A DNA stretch of 64,000 nucleotides from an uncultured candidate division Zixibacteria bacterium (GCA_963806185.1 CAWDXE010000001.1:480001-544000); one strand, 5' to 3'; shown: positions 43,753 to 55,665, counted from the stretch's first letter. Numbers and translations are program-made. The notes: a model not told the origin generated them from the letters alone.

Positions 43753-44300
43753 GGTCCTTGCACTATCTCCACGTAGGTCGCTCCGAGCGACGTAAGTAAC
43801 TGCCTGGTCTTTTCCGCATTGAACTTGGGATCGTCCGCATCGACGCTGACGAAAAACTTGTCGTCGTTGACACCGGCAAAGCGCTCCGAGTAAAACAGGC
43901 CGTGAAACGGTTGCGGCAGACGGTTTGTAAACAGCATGCCAAACATGGCGCCCAGTGCCGCGCCCAGCACGGTTAACCCGAAGGTCACCGGTACATAGGC
44001 GACGTAGGCAAAGTAGGGCTTGCCCGAAATGATCAACGGGTAATCGACGCCCATCGTCCACCACTGGAGCAGAAAGGCGAGCGTCCCGCCCGTCAAGCCG
44101 CAGACACCGGCAATGTACCCGACAATCGATCGCTTCAACCCCATCGCCGTGTCCATCCCGTGAATCGGGAATGGCGAATGAGCGTCCCACTTGGTGAAGC
44201 CGGCATCGCGCATTCCTTCGGCCGCGTGAAGCAGCGACTTCACACCGTCAAATTCAGCCAATACGCCGTAAGTCTTGATTGGTTGGGAAACGGTAGTCAT
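43749..44300 (-). CDS. actD: Alternative complex III subunit ActD (DUF3341)
   Basis: DAHSPFPIHGMD, DYPLIISGKP. Confidence 0.9.
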   Translation of the reverse strand: MTTVSQPIKTYGVLAEFDGVKSLLHAAEGMRDAGFTKWDAHSPFPIHGMDTAMGLKRSIVGYIAGVCGLTGGTLAFLLQWWTMGVDYPLIISGKPYFAYVAYVPVTFGLTVLGAALGAMFGMLFTNRLPQPFHGLFYSERFAGVNDDKFFVSVDADDPKFNAEKTRQLLTSLGATYVEIVQGP

Positions 44301-45715
44301 CAGTGTTTCCCTCCGGCTTGTGCAATCCCGTGCTTCTCGTCACCGTGGTGGTGAGGGTCGGCTTGTGGCAGCACACCCTTGACCTCAGCCATGGCCACCA
44401 CCGGCAGGAACCGGAGGAAGAGCAGGAAGAGCGTCAGAAACAGCCCGAACGAGCCCACGAATGTGGCAATATCCCAAATCGTCGGCCGGTAGTAATCCCA
44501 GGCTGACGGCAGGAAATCGCGTGACAAACTCATCACGATCACAAATCGTTCAAACCACATGCCGACGTTGATCAAGAGCGACGCGATAAACATGACACCG
44601 ATATGGGTGCGCCACTTCTTAAACCAGAAGATCTGCGGCACCACGACGTTACAGAAAATCATGGTCCAGTACGCCCAGGCGTACGGACCAAACGCGCGGT
44701 TGATAAATGCAAACGCCTCGTACTCATTGCCGCTGTACCAGGCAATGAAGAATTCGCAACTATAGGCATAGCCGACCATCATGCCGGTGACCAGCATGAT
44801 TTTGTTCATCTTTTCCAGGTGATTGACCGTGATGATGTGCTCGATCTTAAACGCTTTGCGAACAATAATCGCCAGCGTGAGAACCATGGCAAAACCGGAA
44901 AAGATAGCACCCGCCACAAAATAGGGCGGGAAAATGGTTGTGTGCCATCCGGGAATGAGCGAGACCGCAAAGTCAGTCGATACCACCGAGTGCACCGAAA
45001 GGACGAGCGGCGTCGATACGCCGGCCAGAACCAGATAGGCAAGTTCGTAATTTTTCCACTGACGGTTACCGCCGCGCCAGCCGAGTGAGAGAATACCGAA
45101 AATGAACTGGCGGATTTTGGTCTTCGCCCGGTCGCGCAGCGTGCCCAGATCGGGCACCAGTCCCATATACCAGAACAAAAGTGAACAGGTGAAATAGATA
45201 CTGACCGCAAACACGTCCCACAGCAGCGGCGAGCGGAAGTTGGGCCATATCGACATTTGGTTCGGAATCGGAAACACCCACCAGATGACCCATACACGGC
45301 CGACGTGAATAGTCGGGAAAATGAGCGCACAGATCACGGCGAAAATAGTCATCGCCTCGGCGAATCGGTTGATCGACGTACGCCAGCGCTGGCGGAACAG
45401 GAAAAGAATCGCGGAGATCAGCGTCCCGGCATGACCGATACCGACCCAGAAGACGAAATTGACAATCGCCCATCCCCAGCCGACAGGAATCTGAAGACCC
45501 CAGACGCCTGTTCCTTCGAGGAACAGATACCCAATCGAACCGAGCAGCACCAGCACCAGGGAGCCAAACAGACCCAGCAACAACAGGAATGTCATCGTGG
45601 TCTTTCGCTCGGTCAGGCCGCTGATCGCCTCGGTAATCGAGTGGAACGAGGGGTTCCCTTCGATAAGCGGCGGCTCAGTTCCGGCCTTGCGTGGAGTGGT
45701 GGTGATATCAGCCAT
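44300..45715 (-). CDS. actC: Alternative complex III subunit ActC (NrfD/PsrC family)
   Basis: [45 protein letters not shown]. Confidence 0.93.
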   Translation of the reverse strand: MADITTTPRKAGTEPPLIEGNPSFHSITEAISGLTERKTTMTFLLLLGLFGSLVLVLLGSIGYLFLEGTGVWGLQIPVGWGWAIVNFVFWVGIGHAGTLISAILFLFRQRWRTSINRFAEAMTIFAVICALIFPTIHVGRVWVIWWVFPIPNQMSIWPNFRSPLLWDVFAVSIYFTCSLLFWYMGLVPDLGTLRDRAKTKIRQFIFGILSLGWRGGNRQWKNYELAYLVLAGVSTPLVLSVHSVVSTDFAVSLIPGWHTTIFPPYFVAGAIFSGFAMVLTLAIIVRKAFKIEHIITVNHLEKMNKIMLVTGMMVGYAYSCEFFIAWYSGNEYEAFAFINRAFGPYAWAYWTMIFCNVVVPQIFWFKKWRTHIGVMFIASLLINVGMWFERFVIVMSLSRDFLPSAWDYYRPTIWDIATFVGSFGLFLTLFLLFLRFLPVVAMAEVKGVLPQADPHHHGDEKHGIAQAGGKH

Positions 45716-45734
45716 CAGTTCTTCCTAAGCAGCC

Positions 45735-48725
45735 TCACGAATTATGCTCTGACTCCAGAGCGGTCGTCGTCGCCAGCTCCGGATTCGGATTACGCAGTTT
45801 TGCCAGATACGACGTGCGCGGCCGGGTATTCAGCTCGGCCAGCACCTCATACTTGCGATCGCCCTTCTTAAGCTGGGTCACTTGCGCGTCCTTGTCGAGA
45901 ATATTGCCAAAGACAATTGCCTGAGTCGGGCAGGCCTGCTGGCAGGCGGTTTGTATTTCACCGTCGCGCACTGACCGGCCCTCCAGCTTGGCGGCAATCT
46001 TGCCGCTCTGAATTCGCTGAATACAGTATGTACACTTTTCCATGACACCGCGGAAGCGGACTGTCACTTCGGGGTTCTGCACCATCTTCAACGATTCCGG
46101 CATATTCTTGGTGTAGTTGAAGAAGTTGAAACGCCGGACCTTGTATGGACAGTTGTTGGAACAATACCGGGTACCGATGCATCGGTTGTATACCATCGTA
46201 TTCAGACCCTCGTGATCGTGTACTGTCGCCGCCACGGGGCAAACCGATTCGCACGGCGCATTCTCGCAATGCTGGCACATCACCGGTTGCATGACGATTT
46301 CCGGGTCCTCGAGGTCGCCGGCGAAATACCTGTCCAACCGTATCCACAACATCTCGCGACCGCGGCGCACCTGATCACGCCCGACAATCGGAATATTATT
46401 TTCGCTCTGACAAGCCATAGCACACGCGTTACAGCCGGTACACGCATTCAGATCGATCGACATCCCCCACTGATAGCCTTCGGTATACTGATGCTCGTCC
46501 CACATGGAGACCAGCGGCGGATGATGGGGCTGTTCCGGCTTGAAATCTTCGCCCGCTTTGTACTGTTCGAGCGTCGCCTCGCGAATGATCGGCCGACCGT
46601 GCATCGACCCTTCTTCCTGGGTTTGCGCCAGCTCGTGGTTCCGGCCCGTGCGAGTCACCGTCAATCCAGCCGCAAAAAACGGGCTGGTCGACGCACGCAG
46701 AAGGTAGGTGTTGACGCCGACATTCTCGGCCACCCGCCCCATACTGTTGCGGCCGTATCCGAGCGCCACTGAAACCGTGGCCTCGGCCTGACCGGGGTTC
46801 ACCCAGACAGCCATCTCGACCTTCTTGCCGTCCAGATTCAATTCAACGATGTCGCCGTTAACCACACCGAGCCGTTGGGCCGCCTTTGGACTCACCGCCG
46901 CGACATTCTCCCAGGTGGTCTTGGTAATTGGATCGGCCAGCTCCTGCAGCCAACCGTTGTTGGCGTAGCGGCCGTCCCACACATTTGAAATCGTGAACAC
47001 CAATTCGAACGCGTCACCCTTCGCCTGTCGGGCACGCACATCAGCATAGGCAGCATCGAACTGAGCGGCAGATGTAGCCGGCGGCATTGCATTCAGTACC
47101 GCCGGAGCCACGGCACTGTCCTTCAGCACGCCATCGTGTAACGTGCGGCGCCACTGCCCCTCCGCGTCGAGCCCGCCAATCATCCCGCTCCAGGTTTCCC
47201 GGACAATGTCGTACCCCTTCTTCTCTTCACCCGTGGCGACGAGCGCAAGTAACTCGACATTACTCTTGGTGGCATACAAAGGCTCGATGAGCGGCTGGAT
47301 CAGACTGACGGTGCCGTCCGAAGTGCGAACGTCGCCCCATTGTTCGAGGTAGTGCGATATCGGCAGATGCCATTGCACCGCCTCCGCCGTTTCATCGACA
47401 TGGGTGCCGGCGGCAATAGTGAGCTTCACCTTTTTGAGAGCGGCCTCAAAATTGAGATCGGTCGGAGCATGGTAGACCGGATTTGCGCCCAGAACGACCA
47501 GTGTGGTGACCTCTCCGGCGTTCATCGCCGTAGTCAGCTCAGCCAGGGCTCTGGTATCGGATGGTGACGCATCCTGCAATGGATTGTACGTTACTGTATT
47601 GCCGATGTTATTCAACTGCCGGTTGATTTCGAAGGCGAGCGCATGCACGATCGGAGGCTGGTTGCGACCCACCATAATGATACTCGCGCCACGCGCCGAT
47701 TGCAGGTCTCCGGCCAATACGCGTATCCATTTGGCATCGAAGGACGCTTCCGGAGTTGCGTTGATAGTACGAATCCCCAATTCGGCGGCGAGGAGCAGGA
47801 GAAAATCGAGTATCTGACTTGAGGCGACACGCAGGCGATGGTCAGCCAACATGCCGGTGAGCGTATACGCCGGCTCGACCACGTAGAGACGATTCATGGC
47901 ATCCTGCTTGCCATAAACTCGACGGCCGTCCATGAACCCCTTCTGATTGCGCACCGCATCACTCTCGGTGCGGACAAAATCGTTGTTAAGCGAGAGAACG
48001 ATCTTTGCTTTTTCCAGGGAGTATACGGGCTGATGCAACGTGCCAGTGGCAAGACGAATGCCCTCGAATACCTGCTCGTCGCTTACCGGCTCGTACGAGA
48101 CAAAACGAGCTTTCGGGAAAGTCTTCTTGAATTCGCCCATCAGACGCGCGAGCGTCGGCGAACCGAAGGGGTCGGTGAGAACGGCGAGCCCTTCTCCGCC
48201 GGTCGAAGCAAGACTCTTGTGCTGACCGGACCAGAACGATGCAAAAGCCGACCAGGACGACGCCACATTCTGATTCATCACCTGGCGGGCACGATCGGGG
48301 TCATACAGATTCAGTATCGAAGCTTGAAGCCACGGCGTTGAACCACCACCGGGCGTCGACGGATGCTCGGGGTTCCCGTCGACTTTGATCGGGCGGCCGT
48401 CGCGGCTGGTCGCCAGCACGCCATAACCGCCAATGCCGAAAGGCATCGTGGTGGCATACAGGCGGGATTCACCGGGGTCAACACCTTCCGGGCGGGTCAC
48501 ATATGGAACAATCTTCTCCACCGGCTTGCGGCAGCCCGCCAGGCCGGCCAATGCCACCGATGCGCCCATTAATGTTAAAAAGCTCCGGCGTGACCAGTCA
48601 TTGCCGAACTCGGATGCACCCTGCGGGAACTCCCGATCAAGAAATTCGCGAAACTCGGGCGTGTCCTGCAACTGGCCGAGGCTGCGCCAATACTGCTTGC
48701 CGTTTTCGTTATGCATCTGGTTCAT
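45735..48725 (-). CDS. actB: Alternative complex III subunit ActB (molybdopterin-oxidoreductase-like + Fe-S domains)
   Basis: YWRSL leader, Tat SRRSFL, LAGC, four Cys clusters (CTGCNAC, CQHCENAPC, CIGTRYCSNNC, CTYC). Confidence 0.93.
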   Translation of the reverse strand: MNQMHNENGKQYWRSLGQLQDTPEFREFLDREFPQGASEFGNDWSRRSFLTLMGASVALAGLAGCRKPVEKIVPYVTRPEGVDPGESRLYATTMPFGIGGYGVLATSRDGRPIKVDGNPEHPSTPGGGSTPWLQASILNLYDPDRARQVMNQNVASSWSAFASFWSGQHKSLASTGGEGLAVLTDPFGSPTLARLMGEFKKTFPKARFVSYEPVSDEQVFEGIRLATGTLHQPVYSLEKAKIVLSLNNDFVRTESDAVRNQKGFMDGRRVYGKQDAMNRLYVVEPAYTLTGMLADHRLRVASSQILDFLLLLAAELGIRTINATPEASFDAKWIRVLAGDLQSARGASIIMVGRNQPPIVHALAFEINRQLNNIGNTVTYNPLQDASPSDTRALAELTTAMNAGEVTTLVVLGANPVYHAPTDLNFEAALKKVKLTIAAGTHVDETAEAVQWHLPISHYLEQWGDVRTSDGTVSLIQPLIEPLYATKSNVELLALVATGEEKKGYDIVRETWSGMIGGLDAEGQWRRTLHDGVLKDSAVAPAVLNAMPPATSAAQFDAAYADVRARQAKGDAFELVFTISNVWDGRYANNGWLQELADPITKTTWENVAAVSPKAAQRLGVVNGDIVELNLDGKKVEMAVWVNPGQAEATVSVALGYGRNSMGRVAENVGVNTYLLRASTSPFFAAGLTVTRTGRNHELAQTQEEGSMHGRPIIREATLEQYKAGEDFKPEQPHHPPLVSMWDEHQYTEGYQWGMSIDLNACTGCNACAMACQSENNIPIVGRDQVRRGREMLWIRLDRYFAGDLEDPEIVMQPVMCQHCENAPCESVCPVAATVHDHEGLNTMVYNRCIGTRYCSNNCPYKVRRFNFFNYTKNMPESLKMVQNPEVTVRFRGVMEKCTYCIQRIQSGKIAAKLEGRSVRDGEIQTACQQACPTQAIVFGNILDKDAQVTQLKKGDRKYEVLAELNTRPRTSYLAKLRNPNPELATTTALESEHNS

Positions 48726-49369
48726 CGGTGGCAGCCCCAGCAGTCTGTCGGTGGTTTGATGTTTCGAGCTTTGACGGTCTGAGCGGCCCAATCCGCCTGA
48801 TCGACCGGAGGATTCCACTTCATGTTCGTCACCTCGGCCACAGGGCGGAGATTCGGAGCCGGGTTGCGGTGGCAATCCAAACACCAGCCCATCGAGAGCG
48901 GTTGAGCCTGTGAGACCACTTCCATTTGTGCGACATTGCCGTGGCAACTGATACAGGCGACGCCCGCGTTGATGTGCGAAGCGTGTTCGAAATAGACATA
49001 GCCGGGCATGTTGTTCACGCGCACCCATTGCAGCGGTACGTGGCTGGCAGCGCTCTCGCGGACCAGCGTCAACTTTTCACTTTCCGGCTTCACCAGCTTG
49101 TGGCAATTCATGCACGTCTGAGTCGGCGGTACGTTGGCGTGCGTGGCGCGCTCTACCGAGGTGTGACAGTAGCGGCAATCCATCCCCAGGTCGCCGGCGT
49201 GCAGCTTGTGGCTGTATTCAACCGGCTGTTTCGGGCGATACCCGACATCCAGGTAGCGGGGCGAGCCGTAATACCAGAACCCGCCGACCGCAGCGATCAA
49301 CCCGCACAGTACGACGCCAAGAGAGATAAGAGGGAGTTTATTGGCCCATTGGGGAAATATTTGCGGCAA
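48722..49369 (-). CDS. actA: Alternative complex III pentaheme cytochrome c ActA
   Basis: Five CxxCH motifs (CRYCH, CMNCH, CISCH, CLDCH, CWGCH) and an N-terminal TM helix. Confidence 0.93.
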   Translation of the reverse strand: MPQIFPQWANKLPLISLGVVLCGLIAAVGGFWYYGSPRYLDVGYRPKQPVEYSHKLHAGDLGMDCRYCHTSVERATHANVPPTQTCMNCHKLVKPESEKLTLVRESAASHVPLQWVRVNNMPGYVYFEHASHINAGVACISCHGNVAQMEVVSQAQPLSMGWCLDCHRNPAPNLRPVAEVTNMKWNPPVDQADWAAQTVKARNIKPPTDCWGCHR

Positions 49370-49480
49370 GCCTGTCTCGCTTCGTTATCTTTTTCACAAG
49401 ATGAGGGTTGTCACTCGCTGTCCTTGCGAAGCGATCGACATCCCGGACTGCTCATTCCCTACTTTAATTCGCTCGGGGCG

Positions 49481-49509
49481 AAAATATAGTCGACGGCGGT
49501 ACCTGTCAA
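49481..49509 (-). promoter_or_regulatory. Putative sigma-70 promoter of the act-cta operon
   Basis: TTGACA-17 nt-TATTTT. Confidence 0.5.
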
Positions 49510-49629
49510 CGCTTTTTCTCCCGGTGGGCTAAAGAATAGACTTAAATATTCTACGATAATGGGGCGTAACGGTCATCTCTAAAACGGATCGCTTTAGTCC
49601 GATTTTAGCCGTGAAAGGCAAAATCATCG

Positions 49630-50490
49630 TCACACGATCTTATCGACAATCATAGCCGCGAACAGCGCAAACAAATAGACGATCGAATACCCGAAGAGGC
49701 CGCGCATCGCCTTCTCCGTCCCGCGCTGTCTCGCCTGAACGCTTTTGACGACAAAGTAACCGCTCAGTCCGATGGCGGCGATCAGGTAGATCCACCCCAC
49801 GCCGTAGAAAAACAGGAGCAGACTCACAACGGAGACGGCGACGGTATAAATGAGAATCTGCCGCAAGGTAGATTCGTCACCTTTGGCGACCGGCATCATC
49901 GGCAGTCCGGCTTTCACATAATCTTCCTTGCAGAACATGGCGAGTGCCCAGAAATGGGGCGGCGTCCAGAGAAAGACGATAGCGAACATGAGCCACGGTG
50001 TGACCGCCATCGATCCGGATGCTGCTACCCAGGCACCAACCGGCGCCATGGCCCCGGCTGCACCGCCAATCACAATATTCTGACTGGTATTCGGTTTCAA
50101 ATAGAGCGTGTAAAACAGGCTGTAGAAGAGAATAGTCCCTAGAGACATCAGGGCCGCAGCCCAATTGAAGAGGTAAGCGAAAATCGCGACACCGACAACG
50201 CCGATTGAAATCGAAAAAACCAAGGCGTGCCAGGGAGCGATCTTCTTGAGCGGCAGCGGGCGTCGCTGGCTCGTGCGCGCCATCGTGGCGTCGATGTCGC
50301 GTTCGAAATACTGGTTGAGGGCGTTGGCACAGCCACCGGTCAAATACAGAGCGACCAGGACCATGATAAATTTGAAGGGATCCGCCAGCAGGCTTCCCTC
50401 GATCACCAGCGCCGTTGCGCCGGTGAAGAGGACCAGCAGCATGATGGTTGGTTTCGTGAGCAATAGATAATCGTGTAGAATGGTCCGCAT
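49630..50490 (-). CDS. ctaB: Heme O synthase (protoheme IX farnesyltransferase)
   Basis: LTKP, NQYFERDIDATMARTSQRRPLP, NIVIGGAAGA, WTPPHFWALA. Confidence 0.95.
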   Translation of the reverse strand: MRTILHDYLLLTKPTIMLLVLFTGATALVIEGSLLADPFKFIMVLVALYLTGGCANALNQYFERDIDATMARTSQRRPLPLKKIAPWHALVFSISIGVVGVAIFAYLFNWAAALMSLGTILFYSLFYTLYLKPNTSQNIVIGGAAGAMAPVGAWVAASGSMAVTPWLMFAIVFLWTPPHFWALAMFCKEDYVKAGLPMMPVAKGDESTLRQILIYTVAVSVVSLLLFFYGVGWIYLIAAIGLSGYFVVKSVQARQRGTEKAMRGLFGYSIVYLFALFAAMIVDKIV

Positions 50491-50953
50491 TTGTCCCTTC
50501 ACGTGTGGCGCGAGTATACAACATTTGGGCTGAGATCGCCACTCCGATCAAACGAACCGCACAACACCAGAGAGGAAGGGTGGTTCCAGCTTTTCTTTGG
50601 CGGAGTAACCGATCTGCGAGCCTTATGCGCACCCGACCGCACAGAAAGTGCCTCGGGTGTGACACGAAAATTGTGCACCGAGTCTGTTCACATCCGGTGG
50701 ATTTCATGTGGGTAATTGTCGACAGTTCGAAAACATGCTGTCATACAACGCCTTAACCAACCGATGATCGTAAAAGTGGAGTCACGAGTATGCTACTGAG
50801 GAATTTTTGTCCGCTAACCCATTTTAACATAATCAGATACGCGAACTGATTAGTTGGTCGGAAGGAAAGTGATCGCGCGGGCGAAAACGCACCGTATATT
50901 TCCCAAAAGTTAGGATATTGTGATTCAATAGCCTGCGAGTTTCCTGCGCAAAA

Positions 50954-51000
50954 CCACAATTTTTTGTAGGTCCAATTTTTCAAACCACAATATCTTGTGT
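50954..51000. promoter_or_regulatory. Tandem NrdR boxes upstream of nrdJ
   Basis: CCACAATTTTTTGTAG (50954-50969) and CCACAATATCTTGTGT (50985-51000), 31 bp apart; match the NrdR palindrome. Confidence 0.75.
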
Positions 51001-51160
51001 CCGCTAGCACAAAAAACACCAGGACGTGATACCCGATGCGACAGGGACCGGACTGCGCTGAAAAGGCCTCTTCCCTCACCAGCGCCGGCCGCAGCGAATC
51101 GGGCAGAGAACATGGAGGTTCTGTTTCTGTCTCTGGCAGAAAGAGCCCAGGAGGTCGAGA

Positions 51161-54100
51161 GTGAGAATAAACCGCTATTTTACAACCGCGGGCGAGTCAC
51201 CCTATAAGGGAATCAACTTCGTTCGCCGGTCATCCGAGATAAAGAACCCTGACGGATCAACGGTCTTTAAGGCACAAAATCTGATGGTGCCCGAATCCTG
51301 GACTCAGGTCGCCATCGATATTCTGGCTCAGAAGTATTTCCGTAAGGCCGGCGTGCCGCAGACGCACGAGGACGGTCGACCGGTACTCAACGAACAGGGC
51401 GATCAGGTGACCGGAGGAGAGACTGACTCTCGTCAGGTATTCAATCGGTTGGCCGGTTGCTGGCGCCATTGGGGTGAGACTCACAGTTACTTTTCGAGCG
51501 CTGACGATGCCCAGGCATTTTATGATGAACTCTGCTACATGCTGGCGACGCAGATCGCGGCGCCCAATTCACCGCAGTGGTTCAACACCGGCCTCCATTA
51601 CGCGTACGGAATCTCCGGTGTGCCGCAGGGGCACTTCTATGTGGACCCGACGTCACACACCATGACGCAGGCCAGGAACGCCTACGAGCATCCTCAGCCG
51701 CACGCCTGTTTCATTCAGTCGGTCAGTGACGACCTGGTAAATGACGGCGGGATTATGGATCTCTGGGTGCGGGAGGCCCGTCTGTTCAAGTACGGCTCCG
51801 GCACCGGCTCTAATTTCTCCAATCTTCGCGGCTCGGGCGAGAAGCTCTCCGGCGGCGGACAGTCGTCGGGGCTCATGTCGTTCCTCAAGATCGGCGATCG
51901 CGCCGCGGGCGCCATCAAGTCAGGCGGCACAACTCGGCGGGCGGCCAAGATGGTCTGCCTCGATCTGGATCATCCTGACGTGATTGACTTCATCGATTGG
52001 AAAGTGGTCGAAGAACAGAAGGTGGCGGCGCTGGTAACCGGCTCGAAGATTATCCGGCAACAGCTCAAGACGATTTTCAGCGCTACTACCCTGATCGACG
52101 AGCACGGGGAGACCAAAGTTGAAGTTGATGCGGAGAAGAACAAGGCGCTCAAGGATGCTCTGCGCACCGCTAAGCGGCTGCTGGTTCCGGCCAATTATGT
52201 CAAGAAGGTCCTCGACCTGGCCTCACAGGGGATCAAGAGCATCGACTACATCCAGCTCGAGACCGATTGGGATAGCGAAGCGTATCTGACGGTGTCGGGA
52301 CAGAATTCCAACAATTCGGTCCGCATCCCGAACGAATTTTTCGAGACACTCCAGGCGCGCGAGGAATGGCAGTTGAAGTCGCGCACCTCGGGCAAAGTCA
52401 CGAAGACCATCCCGGCGACCGAAATGTGGGAAAAGATCTGCTACAGTGCCTGGGCCTGCGCCGATCCAGGTGTGCAGTTTGATACCACCATCAATGAGTG
52501 GCATACCTGCCCCGAGGATGGCCGGATCAATGCCTCCAATCCCTGCTCGGAATACATGTTCCTGGATGATACCGCCTGCAATCTGGCGTCGATCAACCTG
52601 GTAAGATTTGTTGACGATCAGGAGAATTTCGATCTTGAGGGGTACCTGCATGCGATTCGTCTGTGGACGATTGTGCTGGAAATTTCCGTGCTTATGGCAT
52701 CGTTCCCCTCCAAGTCGATCGCTCAGAAGAGTTATGAATTTCGTACGCTCGGTTTGGGGTATGCCAACCTGGGCACATTGTTGATGAGACTTGGTATTCC
52801 GTATGACTCGCCGCGCGGCTACGCCTGGTGCGGCGCTCTCACCGCGCTTTTGACGGGGGAAGCGTACGTGACTTCGGCCGAAATGGCCAAGGAGCACGGC
52901 GCCTTCCCAGGATTCTACCGTAATCGTGAGCACATGCTGCGAGTCATACGTAACCATCGTCGCGCCGCCCAGAATGCCGAGAAATCGGAATACGAAGCGC
53001 TGACTGTCAAACCGACCGGCATCAATCCCAATTATCTGCCGGAACTGCTGGTCAAAGCGTCTCGCGACCGTGTGGGACAAGGCGCTGGAGCTGGGCGAAG
53101 TTTACGGTTATCGCAATGCCCAGGTGACGGTGATCGCGCCGACCGGCACGATCGGCCTGCTCATGGATTGCGACACCACCGGTATCGAGCCGGATTTCGC
53201 ACTGGTGAAGTTCAAAAAGCTGGCCGGGGGCGGGTATTTCAAGATCATCAACCAGTCGGTTCCGGCGGCACTCAAGCGTCTGGGCTACACCGAGAACGAA
53301 CTCAGCGACATCATCACGTACGCCACCGGTGCTCGCACACTCAAAGGGGCGCCGTATATCAATCACGAATCGCTCAAGGCGCACGGCTTTGACAGACGAA
53401 GAACTGGCCAAGCTCGAAGCGGCCCTGGCGAATGTCTTCGACATCAGCTTCGCGTTCAACAAGTTCACGTCCTCGGCGAGGAGTTCATCAAGGACACGCT
53501 GGGTATCAGCGATGATGTTTTCAACGCCTGGGAATTCAATCTGCTCCGCGAGCTCGGCTTCACCAAGGAGCAGATCGAGGCGGCCAACGAGTACTGCTGC
53601 GGCACGATGACGCTTGAGGGCGCTCCAGCTTCTCAAGGAAAAGGACCTGCCTATTTTCGACTGCGCCAACCGGTGCGGCAAAAAGGGCAAGCGGTTCATC
53701 TCGTACGAATCGCACATCCGGATGATGGCCGCGGCGCAGCCGTTTATTTCCGGTGCGATTTCCAAGACGATCAACATGCCGGCCGAAGCGACAATCGAGG
53801 ACGTCAAGAAGGCCTACCGGATGTCGTGGGAAACCATGAACAAGGCGGTCGCGCTGTATCGCGACGGCTCCAAACTGTCGCAGCCGCTCAGTGCGACCTC
53901 GTTCACCGATGATGAGCGAATCGGATGGCGAGCATCAGACGATGTACGGTCGAGCATCGTCTCCGAGAAGATGGCCGAGCGGCTCGTTTACCGGTATATC
54001 GCCAAGCGGCGCAAACTGCCGAACCGTCGCGGCGGCTACACACAGAAGGCGGTCGTCGGCGGCCACAAGATCTATCTGCGCACCGGCGAGTACTCCGACG

Positions 54101-54857
54101 GCTCGCTCGGCGAAATCTTCCTCGATATGCACCGCGAGGGCGCGGCGTTCCGTTCGCTCATGAACTGCTTCGCCATCGCCATCTCGCTCGGCCTGCAGCA
54201 CGGCGTGCCGCTCGAGGAGTATGTCGAGGCCTTCCTGTTCAGCCGCTTCGAGCCGAACGGGATCGTCGAGGGGAACAAGTCGATCAAGATGGCGACCTCG
54301 ATTATCGATTACATCTTCCGCGAGCTGGCGATCACCTATCTGGATCGCAACGATCTGGCGCACGTGTCGCACGACGACCTGCGCAACGACACGCTCGGCT
54401 CTCCGGCCGACGAATCGATGGACTTCGAAGAAGAAGAACCGGCGTCGCCGATTGTCACCGGTCAGATGACCGCGGCGACACGTCAGCAGGATGATATTCA
54501 CACCACCCATCTCGGTTTCGCGCCGACGCCCGAACGGTCACACGGGCAACGGAAAAGCCGGCCAACGGCGGGAACGGGAATGGACATTCACACGGAGGGA
54601 ATGGTCATGGTAAGTCGATGGAGTCTGCACCTGCAGCAGCAAAGAATCCTGCAGGCCAAACGGCGGTGCATGAGTATATCAGTGCCGGAACCGCCACCGC
54701 CGGCGAAGGAACCAACCGTCTCCAGCGAGAAATCCGAATCGCGCGGATGAGCGGGTACGAGGGGGACATGTGTCGGGAGTGCGGATCGTTTACGATGGTT
54801 CGCAACGGCACGTGTTTGAAGTGTGACACCTGCGGCTCCACGAGTGGGTGCAGTTAA
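51161..54857 (+). CDS. nrdJ: Vitamin B12-dependent (class II) ribonucleotide reductase; several apparent frameshifts
   Basis: [49 protein letters not shown]-like domain, C-terminal CRECG...[14 protein letters not shown]. Confidence 0.95.
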
Positions 54858-54896
54858 GAGTTTTCTTTTTCCAACATTTCATTTTCGTGTTTGACG

Positions 54897-54936
54897 ATCA
54901 CGCGCCGGACGCCAATCCCGGCGCGTGATTCTGTTT
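54897..54936 (+). terminator. Intrinsic terminator after nrdJ
   Basis: ATCACGCGCCGG/CCGGCGCGTGAT stem with a T-rich tail. Confidence 0.6.
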
Positions 54937-54964
54937 GGGGGGTCGGCGCTTCACTCCTTGATTC

Positions 54965-55112
54965 GGTGGCCCACGGCTTGGCGTGGGTTACCTCTATGCG
55001 GCTGGCTACGTTCACAATTGATCGGAAAGATCGAAATGGCGAAGCTCAGTAATAAAATCGAGAGCGATGATGCTGGATCGCGAAATCCGCCGCGAGTGGT
55101 GGGCCACCAGTC
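54965..55112. mobile_element. REPIN/MITE-like remnant related to the RAYT locus
   Basis: Inverted GGTGGCCCAC (54965-54974) / GTGGGCCACC (55099-55108); 55035-55112 matches 22048-22125 at 64/78 nt without gaps. Confidence 0.7.
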
Positions 55113-55153
55113 ATGCCCTTCCACCATGAATTATAGATGGCCGGGCGGTGATT

Positions 55154-55569
55154 TCACTGCAAGATCACGTTCAGAACTTTCATGCTAGACTTATTTACTA
55201 CTACGACCACCGGCTTTTTCCCCAGTGTCCAAACAGTCTCAATAGGCTCCTCTGCAAGATTTCTGGTGGTGACGGTTACGTAATAGTTACGCTATCCGAA
55301 AAGACTTCCTGCAAGGCAAATTCGGACGTATCAGCATACCAGGGTCCTTGAGCGATGTAGCTATGTGCGACATCAAATACCTTCGAACGAATGGGGTTTG
55401 ATTCAACCGAATTCCGTCGCACAGCCGCTTCGTATAGATCGACCAACGGCGGGGCGGCACATCCAAAGACAAGACATACGGTACCGCTTACAAGAAGCTC
55501 TCGCCAAAATTTCCGCGCCCTCCGTGCTCTTCTCACGAAAGGCACTGACTGTTCCCGCAATATGTTCAT
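55154..55569 (-). CDS. Hypothetical lipoprotein-like protein; apparent frameshift near 55280
   Basis: Hydrophobic stretch ending VFGC; continues in another frame YVTVTTRN...VVVVNKSSMKVLNVILQ*. Confidence 0.4.
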
Positions 55570-55665
55570 GGAAATGCTCCTCCATAATAACAGGACCGGA
55601 GGCCCAAGTCTCTCTCTTCGTCTTCAGTGGCCCGCGGCTTGCCGCGGGTTCCCTTGATGTCGTCG

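Noticed and set aside
45735..48725. ActB as an active molybdoenzyme
   Set aside because: The context is actA-F; ActB is established to be a cofactor-less molybdopterin-oxidoreductase homolog.
50500..51160. Cobalamin riboswitch or other ncRNA upstream of nrdJ
   Set aside because: No B12-box or other riboswitch core could be recognised by eye; the NrdR boxes account for regulation. An Rfam scan would settle it.
51161..54857. Split nrdJ (NrdJa/NrdJb) or intein/intron insertion
   Set aside because: Fragments overlap and join collinearly by frame shifts; no intein or homing-endonuclease motifs were seen.
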